Origin: Rickettsiales bacterium
Lineage (GTDB): Bacteria > Pseudomonadota > Alphaproteobacteria > Rickettsiales > JABSSG01
Assembly: GCA_020049805.1 (NCBI GenBank)
Contig: JAGVLN010000007.1
Location: 1 to 62,385, forward strand
Direction: 5' to 3'
DNA length: 62,385 bases
Shown here: one piece after another, positions 1 to 10,114 of the stretch
Numbering within the stretch: the first letter of the stretch is position 1
How the letters are laid out: each line of letters opens with the position of its first letter
Position numbers and translations under genes: made by a program
Notes under the pieces: generated by a model
Database searches by the model: none
The model's input: only the letters and a program-made list of their open reading frames with translations
What the model was told of the DNA's origin: nothing

Positions 1-47
1 ATAAATATTATAAATAATTGTACAATAAATTTTTCAAAAAGGTTAAA

Positions 48-1079
48 TTAAAGCTCTTCTCTATTTCCATTTAAAGTTTGATCAACATTATAACATTCCC
101 CAACCAAACAAACGCCTTCTTCTTGTTTTGATGCGAACACGTTGCTTGTAAAATTAAGCTGACATTGGTGTTTAGCTTCAAGCTTCAAATAAAAAGCACC
201 TTGCCTTATAATGTTAAGTAGGCCAGCCGGTAAATGTAAACCTATTTGAGTTACAGGTGCAGGTGCAGAAGCTACAGAGCTATAAGGAGTAGAAGCAATT
301 GACGCTAAAGGCGAGGTAAGTTGAGTTGAAAATCCTCCCGAAGGAGAATGAGGAATATATAACTTTGGTGGATAAGCACTAGGTATAAATTTTTCACCAG
401 CAGGAACTCCCCCACCTTGCTGAACAGTAATAGAATGCGCCATAGGGATAGCATTATAAATACTTAATACTGTATTAACGCCAGAAGCTGCAGCCTCTGG
501 TACTACATACCACCAGGTAGAATGATTAAGCGCTTGAATAGCATTGATAGCAGCTTCCTTATCTGCTTCACTTACACTACCGGGATCAGTTTGATATTTT
601 GCAGTGAAACTTTGTATTATTTCGTAACTAGCCTCTCTTGTTTTTTCCCAACAATAAGTTACTCCTGAAGCGGTAGCTGATAATGTTAAAGTAATAAATG
701 GTATAAATCCTATCTCTGAAAAGCTTTTTTGTAACGCATAACGCTGAAGAGAAATATTCAAAGCTATAGAACATACATTGATAATACGACCTGTATTAAT
801 GCTCATTGTTAGTTCGTACCAAGCGCTATCGAATACTGTTGATTCAATAGATCCTTCCTCATATTGTGGTTTACATTCTCCTCCTTCACCAACAGAATCC
901 GGTTTAAATTTCATATAAAAATAATCGGTAGTAAATTGAATAAGTTTTAAACTTCCTTTCACAGCAAAATAACAAAGAATACCTATGTTTAACAAATAAG
1001 CGTTAGATCTAACTAAACTTCTTGATGGAGTTGAAAACGAAAACACACTTATTCCTTTTATATAGTATGATTTAATCAT
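48..1079 (-). CDS. Hypothetical protein, lineage-specific; acidic C-terminal tail with hydrophobic-x-x-x-GE motif
   Basis: 343-aa ORF, no recognisable family; hydrophobic segments and a Ser/Pro-rich stretch; ends VCLVGECYNVDQTLNGNREEL. Confidence 0.6.
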   Translation of the reverse strand: MIKSYYIKGISVFSFSTPSRSLVRSNAYLLNIGILCYFAVKGSLKLIQFTTDYFYMKFKPDSVGEGGECKPQYEEGSIESTVFDSAWYELTMSINTGRIINVCSIALNISLQRYALQKSFSEIGFIPFITLTLSATASGVTYCWEKTREASYEIIQSFTAKYQTDPGSVSEADKEAAINAIQALNHSTWWYVVPEAAASGVNTVLSIYNAIPMAHSITVQQGGGVPAGEKFIPSAYPPKLYIPHSPSGGFSTQLTSPLASIASTPYSSVASAPAPVTQIGLHLPAGLLNIIRQGAFYLKLEAKHQCQLNFTSNVFASKQEEGVCLVGECYNVDQTLNGNREEL

Positions 1080-1158
1080 AACACACTATTAAATAGAGAA
1101 AAGCAAATAGTTAATATCTTAATATATTAATTTTTTTATTAACTATTAATTATGGTAT

Positions 1159-2247
1159 TTAATGCAATTGTTCAGTAGGATCAAATCCTGATAGATAATT
1201 AGAAGAAATCTTAAAACGACTAATAATATTATCGAATTGCTTTAATGAATTTACATAATTAAAAGTTTTAGCAGGTGATTTGGTTTGCGCATAACTTTCT
1301 TCAATAGTCAGCAATTGTAATTCCGTAAGATTAGGACTTACTTTTACAATCTCTAGCATCTCATCTAAATTACTATTAGTATGAAGCACTATATCACAAC
1401 CTGCGGTAAAAGATTTTTCTGCCTTTTCAGCCATAGTCCCTTCTAAAGCTTTCATAGTAATACAATCGGTAATAATAATTCCTTTAAAACCTATTTCTTG
1501 ACGAATTTCATTAATTACCTTAGCTGAAAAAGTTGCTGGGTTTTTTGGGTCAATGCTAGTATAGAGTATGTGGGCAGTCATAGCCCATTTTGCAGCATTA
1601 TTTAACTTAGCAAATGGATAAAAATCATTTTCCCGTAAGGTTTTGTAACTAACATCAACAATTGGTAGCTTTAAGTGACTATCAGCTTGAGCCCTGCCAT
1701 GGCCAGGAATATGCTTAACAATTGGACATATACCACACTTTAAAAATCCTTTAATCATTTCCTGAGCTAATAAATAGACTAATTTTTTATCATCACTAAA
1801 AGCTCTGTTACCAATTACACTATGAGTTTCAGGAAAAGTTATATCGAGAACTGGCGCACAATCTGTATTAATCCCTAATTGATAAAGATCATAAGCCATT
1901 AATTTACTATTAATTTTACAAGCTTCTATTGCCGCCTTAATATCATGCTTTGCTATCTGGCCAAAAATAGATGCTTCTGGAGGATGGCGCCAATTAGGTT
2001 GCTTTAGTCTTGCTACCCTTCCGCCCTCTTGATCAATCAAGATTGGAGTGAGACGCGAAGTTGCTGATTTTAATTGTCGTACTAAAGACTTAACTTGCTG
2101 CTGATTATCAATATTACGGGAAAATAAAATAAAACCTAAGGGATTATATTCTTTAATAAAATCTAATTCTTCAGGTAATAATTCCTTTCCTCTGATACCA
2201 AATATTACTGCTTTAGGACTATGTTTCATTTTTTGATTATGAATCAA
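1159..2247 (-). CDS. nagZ: Beta-N-acetylhexosaminidase (GH3)
   Basis: Motifs GFILFSRN, IDQEGGRVARL, KHIPGHGRAQADSH, MTAH, IITDCITMKAL. Confidence 0.95.
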   Translation of the reverse strand: MIHNQKMKHSPKAVIFGIRGKELLPEELDFIKEYNPLGFILFSRNIDNQQQVKSLVRQLKSATSRLTPILIDQEGGRVARLKQPNWRHPPEASIFGQIAKHDIKAAIEACKINSKLMAYDLYQLGINTDCAPVLDITFPETHSVIGNRAFSDDKKLVYLLAQEMIKGFLKCGICPIVKHIPGHGRAQADSHLKLPIVDVSYKTLRENDFYPFAKLNNAAKWAMTAHILYTSIDPKNPATFSAKVINEIRQEIGFKGIIITDCITMKALEGTMAEKAEKSFTAGCDIVLHTNSNLDEMLEIVKVSPNLTELQLLTIEESYAQTKSPAKTFNYVNSLKQFDNIISRFKISSNYLSGFDPTEQLH

Positions 2248-2277
2248 CTTTCTAATTACAGCAAGATTTTTATTTAA

Positions 2278-4905
2278 TCATCCAGCTTTAGAAGCATTCC
2301 TTCTAGGCTGACGTGACATGGCACCACGAGGTGTAGGTAACGGACGTACACTACCTATTTCTGTACCAGCATCCCTAACATCTAAACCTGCGGGAAGTTT
2401 ATGACGAATCTCAGATGGTATTTCAACCTTACGCTCTGGAGCTAGAACTTCAGTTGTTTGTCTATCTTTAGAAGGATGAATTGCTCTAGTCACCACTTGT
2501 GCTAATTTTGTTTGTCCTATATCATTCCAAATAGTAGTACCTGCTTGGTGAGCTAACAAAGTTTCATTTGCAGGATGAAGAGCTCTAAATTGAACTTGCG
2601 CAGCCTTTGCTAGTCTCACTTCTTCGGAATCCTTCCCTGCTCCAGTTGCCCAAACAGCTACAGCAGTGCCAGCAGCAATTCCTGTAATTGTTAATGGTAC
2701 AGCTAATCCAGACATCAGAACCAATGTAGCCCCTGTACCTACTGCATAATTTAAAGCACCATTAGTTAAAGCCAGGGCCACGATAGGAGTAATTACCATG
2801 CAAGCAGCTGTTACAAGCTTATGATCTGCTAATGAGCATAAAGCCTCAACTGTTTTTGAAAAAACTTTAGTACCGCACAAATAATCCGCAGCTTTTGCAA
2901 ATGTAAAAAGCTTTTGCCTAAATGCTGAATGACCAATAGTTTGCTGGTGTTGGCGTTCTTCGGCAGATCTCCTCTGTAAATCAAAAGCTTTATCAGAAGA
3001 TATCATATGGCTACAGTTCGTGCTAGCATCAAGCTCTGCCTCCCATCTACCAAATAATCTACCCGCAGCTTCAATTGCTTCAGTAACATCAGTATGCTCT
3101 AATGTCATACCAGCCATTTTCATACGGGTAATATTTGCCCATAGTTTTGTCCCTGTGCAATCCATGCCTGTTGCATCAACTGCATAAAAAGATGTGCCTA
3201 CCGCACTTGCATATCTCATTTTCACTTCCTGCATATTAGAATAATCAAAAGATGTTCCATCAACTCTAGAGCCATTAAATATAGCTCTTAACGCTTCTGC
3301 ATACATAAAATGTACATTTTGCATAATGCTGTTTGTAGCATCCATGCCTATAGCCTGCACTAATGTCATATAAGAATAACTAAAGTTTCCATCTCGAACA
3401 GATGCTTCATTAAAGACTCCTTCTGTAAAATCACCATCTATAGCAGAAACTCCGTCCATTGACGATTTAGAGAAAATCGCACATCTGCCTTGGGCATTAT
3501 CAAAATTACTTCCAGTTAAAATAGTATTTCTAAATGAGGTTTTATATTCTCGCTCAAACCATCCCATTCCCCAAGCTGGTATATTACCATTAAAAATGGT
3601 ATGACCAAAATTACTATAGCCTATATTAGAGTAATCCCATACTGTCTCTACCATACTGCATCTTGACCAATTACACCTACCCCAATTACCATAAGATAGA
3701 TTTAACCTATCTAGAACAAGTCCAGAAGCATCAGGGATAAATTCTTCTTTTAATTTATATTTGTTACGTAAAAAATCTCTGAAAGATGGTAGACTACTTT
3801 CCACACTAGTAGCTGAAGTAATAACTCCTGTTAAAACCCCTTCACTTTGTTGACATTGTTCAGCATATTCTTTTATATCGGCAATAGTACATTTATAATA
3901 TTTTCCTACGGTTGGATCATGTCTTACAACTTTTCCATCTACTAGTTTTAATGAAGATTGTCCTCTAATATAACATGGATCTAATGTTGGTTTAGCACAT
4001 GGAAAACCTATTGGCGCAATAGCTGCACTAATTATTGCTGCAGCAAAAGCAGTGCCCTCAGCAAAAGTCATTTTATTAGCATATGTGCCACGTAAATCAA
4101 TATTATTTATTCTGCAATTTTTAAATATAGGTGTAGCTATACCACAATCACGCATAATAAAATTATCAGCAGTAACATTCTTGAATATAGTTTTATCTAA
4201 TAAAGTGCCTGATAAATCCACTCCATCAATTGAAATTTTTGTACCATCTATAATTTGCCCAGAAAGGTCAGCAACTATTTTAGTATTTTCAGAACAAAGA
4301 TGACGTTTAGTATAACTAATATAGTCAGAAAAACTCCCAATTGCGCTAGCATGTACGGGATGTTTATTACGTAATTTTATATAATTTTGTAATTCCTTTA
4401 TCCCGACTTTTACTACCATTACTTGCGGTAAGCTAGGGTCATAAACTGACCCTTTAAAAGAACACATTGGAAATTGTTCACTATTTAAAGTCCTTTTACC
4501 CCAATCACAACCTGCAAAGCTAAAACCTTTAAATATACATCCAGGAGGAGTAACTGCACCCTGTAAATTTGTTACTTGCTTTAGCTTGTCCTGACCATCA
4601 TAAAACCCATCTAATTGCCACTGCTTTCTTTTAAAAGTTTTCTTAGTGTCATCGTCACAAAATCTAATAAACGAGATATCTGCTCCCCTTAAATCAATAC
4701 AATCATCATCATGCAAAGCAATTTGATCTAAGTTAGCTTGGTGTATTATAGATTCACTGTTACTAAGACCTCTTTGTTCCATTATAAAACTATTCAGATT
4801 TAAAGCTTCACTTTTTGGATGCTGAGTTCTTTGTGCTTGCAAGAGAGTAGAAAATGCCAATATTTCTTCTCTAGTAACATATAATTGTTTTACTGTCGTC
4901 GGCAT
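2278..4905 (-). CDS. Pentapeptide-repeat protein with C-terminal hydrophobic hairpin and basic tail (effector candidate)
   Basis: Long A(D/N)Lxx-like periodicity (DLRGADIS, DLSGTLLDKTIF, SFRNTILTGSNFDNAQG, GNFSYSYM); hydrophobic segments in the C-terminal quarter; ends PTPRGAMSRQPRRNASKAG; GGAG RBS. Confidence 0.8.
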   Translation of the reverse strand: MPTTVKQLYVTREEILAFSTLLQAQRTQHPKSEALNLNSFIMEQRGLSNSESIIHQANLDQIALHDDDCIDLRGADISFIRFCDDDTKKTFKRKQWQLDGFYDGQDKLKQVTNLQGAVTPPGCIFKGFSFAGCDWGKRTLNSEQFPMCSFKGSVYDPSLPQVMVVKVGIKELQNYIKLRNKHPVHASAIGSFSDYISYTKRHLCSENTKIVADLSGQIIDGTKISIDGVDLSGTLLDKTIFKNVTADNFIMRDCGIATPIFKNCRINNIDLRGTYANKMTFAEGTAFAAAIISAAIAPIGFPCAKPTLDPCYIRGQSSLKLVDGKVVRHDPTVGKYYKCTIADIKEYAEQCQQSEGVLTGVITSATSVESSLPSFRDFLRNKYKLKEEFIPDASGLVLDRLNLSYGNWGRCNWSRCSMVETVWDYSNIGYSNFGHTIFNGNIPAWGMGWFEREYKTSFRNTILTGSNFDNAQGRCAIFSKSSMDGVSAIDGDFTEGVFNEASVRDGNFSYSYMTLVQAIGMDATNSIMQNVHFMYAEALRAIFNGSRVDGTSFDYSNMQEVKMRYASAVGTSFYAVDATGMDCTGTKLWANITRMKMAGMTLEHTDVTEAIEAAGRLFGRWEAELDASTNCSHMISSDKAFDLQRRSAEERQHQQTIGHSAFRQKLFTFAKAADYLCGTKVFSKTVEALCSLADHKLVTAACMVITPIVALALTNGALNYAVGTGATLVLMSGLAVPLTITGIAAGTAVAVWATGAGKDSEEVRLAKAAQVQFRALHPANETLLAHQAGTTIWNDIGQTKLAQVVTRAIHPSKDRQTTEVLAPERKVEIPSEIRHKLPAGLDVRDAGTEIGSVRPLPTPRGAMSRQPRRNASKAG

Positions 4906-4947
4906 AACAATCTCCTATAACTATAATAACCAATCTCTAACTAATTT

Positions 4948-4996
4948 AGTGTAACAAAAATATATTAATAGTTTGTTAAATAAATAATGATAAAAT
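4948..4996. promoter_or_regulatory. Bidirectional promoter sharing one CtrA-type box
   Basis: TTAA-tagtttg-TTAA at 4965-4979; extended -10 TGn-TAAAAT at 4991-4996 (+) and TGn-TACACT at 4953-4948 (-), at the same spacing on each side. Confidence 0.6.
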
Positions 4997-5026
4997 GATA
5001 TTAATAACAATCAATAATTAGAAAGC

Positions 5027-6142
5027 ATGATTCAAGCTTACGAGAAAGAACTAGATAAGATAATAGAAAGTCTGGAGCAAGAATTAGAATTATTGCTGGA
5101 AAAGCGTAAATATGTGATATTTACCGACAGAATCAACAAACAAATCACCAGAATAAAAGAATTAATTGCTAAATATAAAGCTACTAAAGAAAAATTACAA
5201 AAAAGCCCAAAATCTAAACAATTACTGGCTTTTATTTTCATGGTAATAAAACGAATATTAGGTCTTAATGAAATAGCATTACAAGAATTAAATAAATCAA
5301 AAACTCCTTCTAGGACGATTGAAAAAGAGAATCAAGCTACAGAAGAAGAAAAACCTGAAGAAGAAGAAAAACTTTCTAGTACAATTTCAACAAATAAAAT
5401 AGAGAGTAAAGAATTAGACAAAGCAGACTCTTCCCAAAAACAAATAGCAATACAAGATCCTAACTTACGTAGACTTGCTTTATTAGAGTTAAGCCAATTA
5501 AATAAAAAGAATTTTTGCATCACTCCTGAAGTTGAGACAATACACCACGCACCACCAAAAGAATTTGACCCGCATTTAATTGCTTTACTTCAATTAACTA
5601 AACATTCTGAAAATTTTACGCAATTGATTGAAAAGGATCAAGACTTTGCTGTACCTACAAAAAATAAGGATAACTTTTCTAACTTAGATAATTTTATCCA
5701 AAAAGATCATGAAATTTTATTAAAAATATTAAACGAAAAATATCATATAGAAACTGATGATGAAAAAGAGAAAAAGCTTCGTGAAGCTTTTTTATATAAT
5801 ATTAAGCAACTTTATTTACATCACAATTATTTACTACATCATTACGAGCATAAATATAATATAGAAGAACATCCTGTACTTACTCCCCCTCTTCTCGTAC
5901 ATTCATTAATAAAATTAGGAGTATTAATGTACATAATAGAACGAAGCCTAGAATTTATGGCGCGAAAGAAAAAACTAAAACGACAAAAAGATAAAATGGA
6001 ATATCGTTTGCCAGCTGAAATGAAATTTACTGCAGGCTTAAAACCTCATCACGACGCTTATAAAGAAATAATTAAATCGCATAAAGAACTTAAACCTGCA
6101 GAAATTGCAGCTCATCCTATTATCAATAAAGGAAGAAATTAA
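5027..6142 (+). CDS. Hypothetical coiled-coil, charged protein
   Basis: 371-aa ORF, Lys/Glu-rich helices, His-rich patch LHHNYLLHHYEH, ends HPIINKGRN. Confidence 0.65.
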   Translation: MIQAYEKELDKIIESLEQELELLLEKRKYVIFTDRINKQITRIKELIAKYKATKEKLQKSPKSKQLLAFIFMVIKRILGLNEIALQELNKSKTPSRTIEKENQATEEEKPEEEEKLSSTISTNKIESKELDKADSSQKQIAIQDPNLRRLALLELSQLNKKNFCITPEVETIHHAPPKEFDPHLIALLQLTKHSENFTQLIEKDQDFAVPTKNKDNFSNLDNFIQKDHEILLKILNEKYHIETDDEKEKKLREAFLYNIKQLYLHHNYLLHHYEHKYNIEEHPVLTPPLLVHSLIKLGVLMYIIERSLEFMARKKKLKRQKDKMEYRLPAEMKFTAGLKPHHDAYKEIIKSHKELKPAEIAAHPIINKGRN

Positions 6143-6144
6143 TT

Positions 6145-6180
6145 AAATATGAGGCTCTTAATTTAAGAAACCTCATATTT
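6145..6180. terminator. Hairpin between convergent genes (probable bidirectional terminator)
   Basis: aaatatgagg-ctcttaa-t-ttaagaaa-cctcatattt inverted repeat between the two stop codons. Confidence 0.65.
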
Positions 6181-6193
6181 TGGAATTAATCTC

Positions 6194-7015
6194 TTAAGCT
6201 ACTTCTGTAGTATTTGTAGCGCCTGCTACATCTAATAAATCATCTGAAACTGGTACAGTAGTTGATGCTAAATCTGTGTTATTAGCACTTACTGAAGGAG
6301 TCGATGATACTGTAGGAACAGCTACTGGTGTAGAAGTGGCTGAAGCACTTGCTTCATCAACCACAACTGCTGGAGCTGCATCTTTACTCGCAGTTACTGA
6401 AGGAGAAACCGTTGCAGTTGGAGTAGCAGAAGCACTTGCTTTATCAGCTACAGCTGCTGAAACTGCATCTTTACTCGCAGTTGCCGAAGGAGAAACTGTT
6501 GGAGTTGGAGTAACTGAAGCACTTGGTTTATCAGCTACAACTGCTGGAGTAGGAGTAGTTGATGGTGGAGGAGTTGGTTTTAAGCTAGGATTCCTAATAT
6601 AACAAACCGGTCTGTAAATATCCAATACTTCTGTAAGCTTAGCTAAATATGAACAAGTATTTATAAATGTTTCTTCACAAATATCACTTGGAACAATTCT
6701 ACTATATTTATCAGCTTGAGCAAAATATCCACCACATATTGGGTTTTCACTTCCAACATTTTTCATTACTGTTGCGACCTCCGCAAGCACTCTGGCATAA
6801 ATTGCAGGCTTTAAATCGGGGTTGGAGCTAACTTCTTCTAAAAGCTGTGGCATAAATTCATTTAAGTTATCATGGGTTACAACAAAACCTCTGTTTTGAA
6901 ACAGTGCGGTAACCTGCATTAAATGTAACTCTTCAGGTGAAGCAAAATTACTCTTCATTTCTTCAGCCGCATCCAAAAATCTTTCTACAAAATTTTCTTT
7001 TTTACTATTAGCCAT
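6194..7015 (-). CDS. Hypothetical protein with Thr/Ser/Ala/Pro-rich tandem repeats
   Basis: 273-aa ORF, GAGGA RBS; globular N-half, low-complexity C-half; ends LLDVAGATNTTEVA. Confidence 0.75.
   Translation of the reverse strand: MANSKKENFVERFLDAAEEMKSNFASPEELHLMQVTALFQNRGFVVTHDNLNEFMPQLLEEVSSNPDLKPAIYARVLAEVATVMKNVGSENPICGGYFAQADKYSRIVPSDICEETFINTCSYLAKLTEVLDIYRPVCYIRNPSLKPTPPPSTTPTPAVVADKPSASVTPTPTVSPSATASKDAVSAAVADKASASATPTATVSPSVTASKDAAPAVVVDEASASATSTPVAVPTVSSTPSVSANNTDLASTTVPVSDDLLDVAGATNTTEVA
6325..6550. repeat. Intragenic tandem repeat, 87-bp (29-aa) unit, ~2.5 copies
   Basis: gcatctttactcgcagtt at 6378 and 6465 (87 bp apart); peptide unit AVVADKPSASVTPTPTVSPSATASKDA. Confidence 0.85.
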
Positions 7016-7227
7016 AATATTCCTCTTTTATGTTCTTTACTTTGTAATTAATTTTACAAGTGGATATATAATGAATTAAAATTTGCATTTTTCAATTATT
7101 AAACTCTGAATATCGAAAAAAATTTTTAGATAGAGCTTATTCATTCAACTAATAATTATCTGATAAAATAGATTTGCAACTTTTAATATTTTTATTAGAA
7201 AATTAAAACCTTAATATTATATAGATA

Positions 7228-7256
7228 TTGACCATATTAAGGTTATTTAATATTAT
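7228..7256 (+). promoter_or_regulatory. Sigma70-type promoter of cytochrome c gene
   Basis: TTGACC-N17-TATTAT, 35 nt upstream of ATG. Confidence 0.5.
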
Positions 7257-7291
7257 GGTGCTTTAATTTACTTAACTCGAGCTTTAAGGAT

Positions 7292-7846
7292 ATGAACGGA
7301 TTTGAATTAAATAAGATAGCAGCTGCAGTATTACTCGCTGGCGTAATTGCAATGATTGTAGGCAATATAACTGATTTAATTTACATGCCTCATAATATAG
7401 ATACCAAAGTAAGAGGTTACTCTGTACCAGTTACTGAGCAATCAGGTACATCTTCTGCCCCTGCTGCTGCACCAGCACCGGTTAATATTGGTGAATTAAT
7501 GGCAAATGCTGATCCATCACGCGGGCAAAATGATATCAGAAAATGTGCAGTATGTCATGATTTCACAAAAGGTGGACCAAATAAAGTTGGTCCTAATTTG
7601 TGGAACGTCCTTGGCGGTCCTAAAGCTCATCGCAAAGACTATACATATTCTCAAGCTTTAGCAAGTAAAGGTGGGACCTGGACTTATGAAGATATATATC
7701 ATTTTTTAAATGGCCCAAGGACATTTATACCAGGTACAAAAATGAACTTCCCAGGTTTTAGCAAACCGCAAGATGTTGCTGATGTAATCGCTTATTTAAG
7801 AAATCAAAGCGATTCTCCAATACCTTTACCGCCTGTTGAAAAGTAA
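7292..7846 (+). CDS. cycM: Membrane-anchored cytochrome c (CycM/c552 type)
   Basis: N-terminal MNGFELNKIAAAVL anchor, CAVCH heme motif, KVGPNL, PGTKMNF. Confidence 0.93.
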   Translation: MNGFELNKIAAAVLLAGVIAMIVGNITDLIYMPHNIDTKVRGYSVPVTEQSGTSSAPAAAPAPVNIGELMANADPSRGQNDIRKCAVCHDFTKGGPNKVGPNLWNVLGGPKAHRKDYTYSQALASKGGTWTYEDIYHFLNGPRTFIPGTKMNFPGFSKPQDVADVIAYLRNQSDSPIPLPPVEK

Positions 7847-7894
7847 CTTTTTTTATGTTAAGGTTACTCAAGTAATAGCATTTAGGGTAGCTTT

Positions 7895-8356
7895 ATGTTT
7901 GAATATCAAAATATTATATGGATAGCATTAGGCTTTATCTTAATATTACTGGAAATTTCGGTATTACCAGGCATAGGTCTATTATTTGCTGGTTTAGGAG
8001 CCATTAGCACTAATGTTTTGCTGGAATTCAATCTCATCCAACATAATTGGTTATTAGAAATTATATCATTTGCTGTATTAAGTGGAGTTTGGGCAGCTCT
8101 ATTATGGGTGCCTCTTAAAAGATCGTCTAGAAAAACATTAAATCAATCTTATAATAACATTATTGGCTCAACTGCTTATATTCATGATGGAGAATTAAAA
8201 CCTGATCAAATTGGCTCAGTTAAGTGGTCTGGGGTAGTAATGAAGGCTAAACTTGCTGAAGGAGAAAATACCCTGCTTCAAGAAGGACAAGCAGTAACTA
8301 TCGTAGCCATAAAAGAAAATATATTATATGTGGCTAAACAAGAACCACAATATTAA
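7895..8356 (+). CDS. NfeD-family membrane protein
   Basis: N-terminal TM helices (LILLEI..PG), C-terminal OB-like G.VKWSG..., directly upstream of SPFH gene. Confidence 0.85.
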   Translation: MFEYQNIIWIALGFILILLEISVLPGIGLLFAGLGAISTNVLLEFNLIQHNWLLEIISFAVLSGVWAALLWVPLKRSSRKTLNQSYNNIIGSTAYIHDGELKPDQIGSVKWSGVVMKAKLAEGENTLLQEGQAVTIVAIKENILYVAKQEPQY

Positions 8357-8368
8357 GGTAGATAAATA

Positions 8369-9325
8369 ATGGAAAATATTTTACTCGGTTTAGGTTTTTT
8401 AGCTTTAATTTTAGTATTTTCAGGTTTTAAAATTGTCCCTGAGCAAGAGGCATGGATTGTTGAAAAACTTGGAAAATTTGATCGTAAATTATCTCCTGGC
8501 TTAAGTCTCTTAATTCCTTTTATCGAAAAAGTTGCTTATAAGCACACTTTAAAAGAGCAAGCTATTGATATGACTGAACAAACTGCTATTACCAAAGATA
8601 ACGTAACAGTAAGAATTGATGGCGTATTATATTTACGTATTCTTGATCCAGTGGCAGCTTCTTACGGCGCAAGCAACCCTTATTACGCTATTTCTCAATT
8701 AGCACAAACTACTATGCGTTCAGAAATTGGAAAAATCACCTTAGATAAAACTTTTGAAGAACGAGAAACATTAAATACTAATATAGTACATACTATTAAT
8801 GAAGCAGCTACTAGTTGGGGTATTCAGTGCATGCGTTACGAGATTCGTGATATTACGCCACCTGAAAATGTGAAACAAGCTATGGAACTACAAGTAGCCG
8901 CAGAAAGGCAAAAACGTGCTGAAATTCTTGAATCAGAAGGTAAACAACAAGCACAAATTAATAGAGCTGAAGCTTCTAAAAGAGAAGTGGTGCTAAATTC
9001 TGAAGCCGCTTATACAGACAAAGTAAACCGTGCAAAAGGTGAAGCTGAAGCAATTTTATCAGTAGCCGCTGCTACCGCAGAATCTATTGAAAAGATAGCA
9101 AAAAGTAGTAAAACTTCTGGTGGAGTTGAAGCCATTTCTTTAAAAATTGCTGAGCAATATATGGAAGCATTTAATAATATTGCTCAACATTCTAACACCA
9201 TTATCTTACCAGCTAATGTTAATGATGCTAGTAGTATGATTACTCAAGCATTAACTATATTCAATGCAGTCTCTAAAAAATCAGGAGAACAACTTATTTC
9301 TAATGAGAAAAAAAGTAAAAAATGA
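8369..9325 (+). CDS. SPFH/Band 7 stomatin-like protein (paraslipin/SLP-2 type)
   Basis: AITKDNV, QLAQTTMRSEIGK, WGIQCMRYEIRDI, QVAAERQKRA, C-terminal IAEQYMEAF. Confidence 0.93.
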   Translation: MENILLGLGFLALILVFSGFKIVPEQEAWIVEKLGKFDRKLSPGLSLLIPFIEKVAYKHTLKEQAIDMTEQTAITKDNVTVRIDGVLYLRILDPVAASYGASNPYYAISQLAQTTMRSEIGKITLDKTFEERETLNTNIVHTINEAATSWGIQCMRYEIRDITPPENVKQAMELQVAAERQKRAEILESEGKQQAQINRAEASKREVVLNSEAAYTDKVNRAKGEAEAILSVAAATAESIEKIAKSSKTSGGVEAISLKIAEQYMEAFNNIAQHSNTIILPANVNDASSMITQALTIFNAVSKKSGEQLISNEKKSKK

Positions 9326-10104
9326 AAATTGCTAGCTGGAATATAAATTCTATAAACAGCAGATTACCTAATTTACTTAATTGGTTAAATGAAACTCAAC
9401 CAGAAATTGTCTTATTACAAGAATTAAAATGCTTAACTGATAAATTTCCTAGGGAAGCAATTGAAGATTTAGGATATAATTTAGCCATTCATGGTCAAAA
9501 AACTTATAATGGCGTAGCCATTTTAAGTAAATATCCTATTGATGAATTTACTACCACCTTACTTAAAGATCCAGAACCTACACAGTCAAGATATATTGAA
9601 GCAGTTATTAGTGTAAATAAAAAAGCTATTAGAGTAGCTTCAGTATATGTGCCTAATGGACAGGAAATAGGTTCTGTTAAGTTTAAATATAAATTAGCTT
9701 TTTTTGATGCATTACATCATCATCTTCAAGAACTATTGGCTTATGATGAGATAACAGTTATTGGTGGAGATTTTAATGTTGCACCTAATAATATCGATGT
9801 ATTTGACCCTAAAAAATTCGAAAACTGTGTTGGTTTTAGCCAGGGTGAAAGGCAAAAAATGCAGCAATTATTTCACTTAGGATACACGGATGCATTTCGG
9901 ATGTTACATAAGGATAGCCAAGAATTTAGTTGGTGGGACTACCGAGCCGGCGCTTGGCATCGTAATCATGGCATGCGCATAGATTTGCTTTTACTCTCTC
10001 CAGAAGCTTGCCAAGTTCTGACCAAAGCTGAAATTGAATATAAAATTCGTGGGCAAGACAAACCTTCTGATCATGTACCAGTTACAATTCAGTTAAAGAC
10101 TTAA
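9322..10104 (+). CDS. xth: Exodeoxyribonuclease III
   Basis: MKIASWNINS, LQELK, YVPNG, GDFN, WWDYR, RIDL, SDHVP. Confidence 0.95.
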   Translation: MKIASWNINSINSRLPNLLNWLNETQPEIVLLQELKCLTDKFPREAIEDLGYNLAIHGQKTYNGVAILSKYPIDEFTTTLLKDPEPTQSRYIEAVISVNKKAIRVASVYVPNGQEIGSVKFKYKLAFFDALHHHLQELLAYDEITVIGGDFNVAPNNIDVFDPKKFENCVGFSQGERQKMQQLFHLGYTDAFRMLHKDSQEFSWWDYRAGAWHRNHGMRIDLLLLSPEACQVLTKAEIEYKIRGQDKPSDHVPVTIQLKT

Positions 10105-10114
10105 TTTTGAAAAG

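Noticed and set aside
1100-1150. Multiple TTAA/TTAAC half-sites upstream of 48..1079
   Set aside because: Spacings are N4 or N8 rather than N7, and no -10 at the conserved distance
7895-9325. nfeD-SPFH pair as a novel system
   Set aside because: Well-known conserved gene pair
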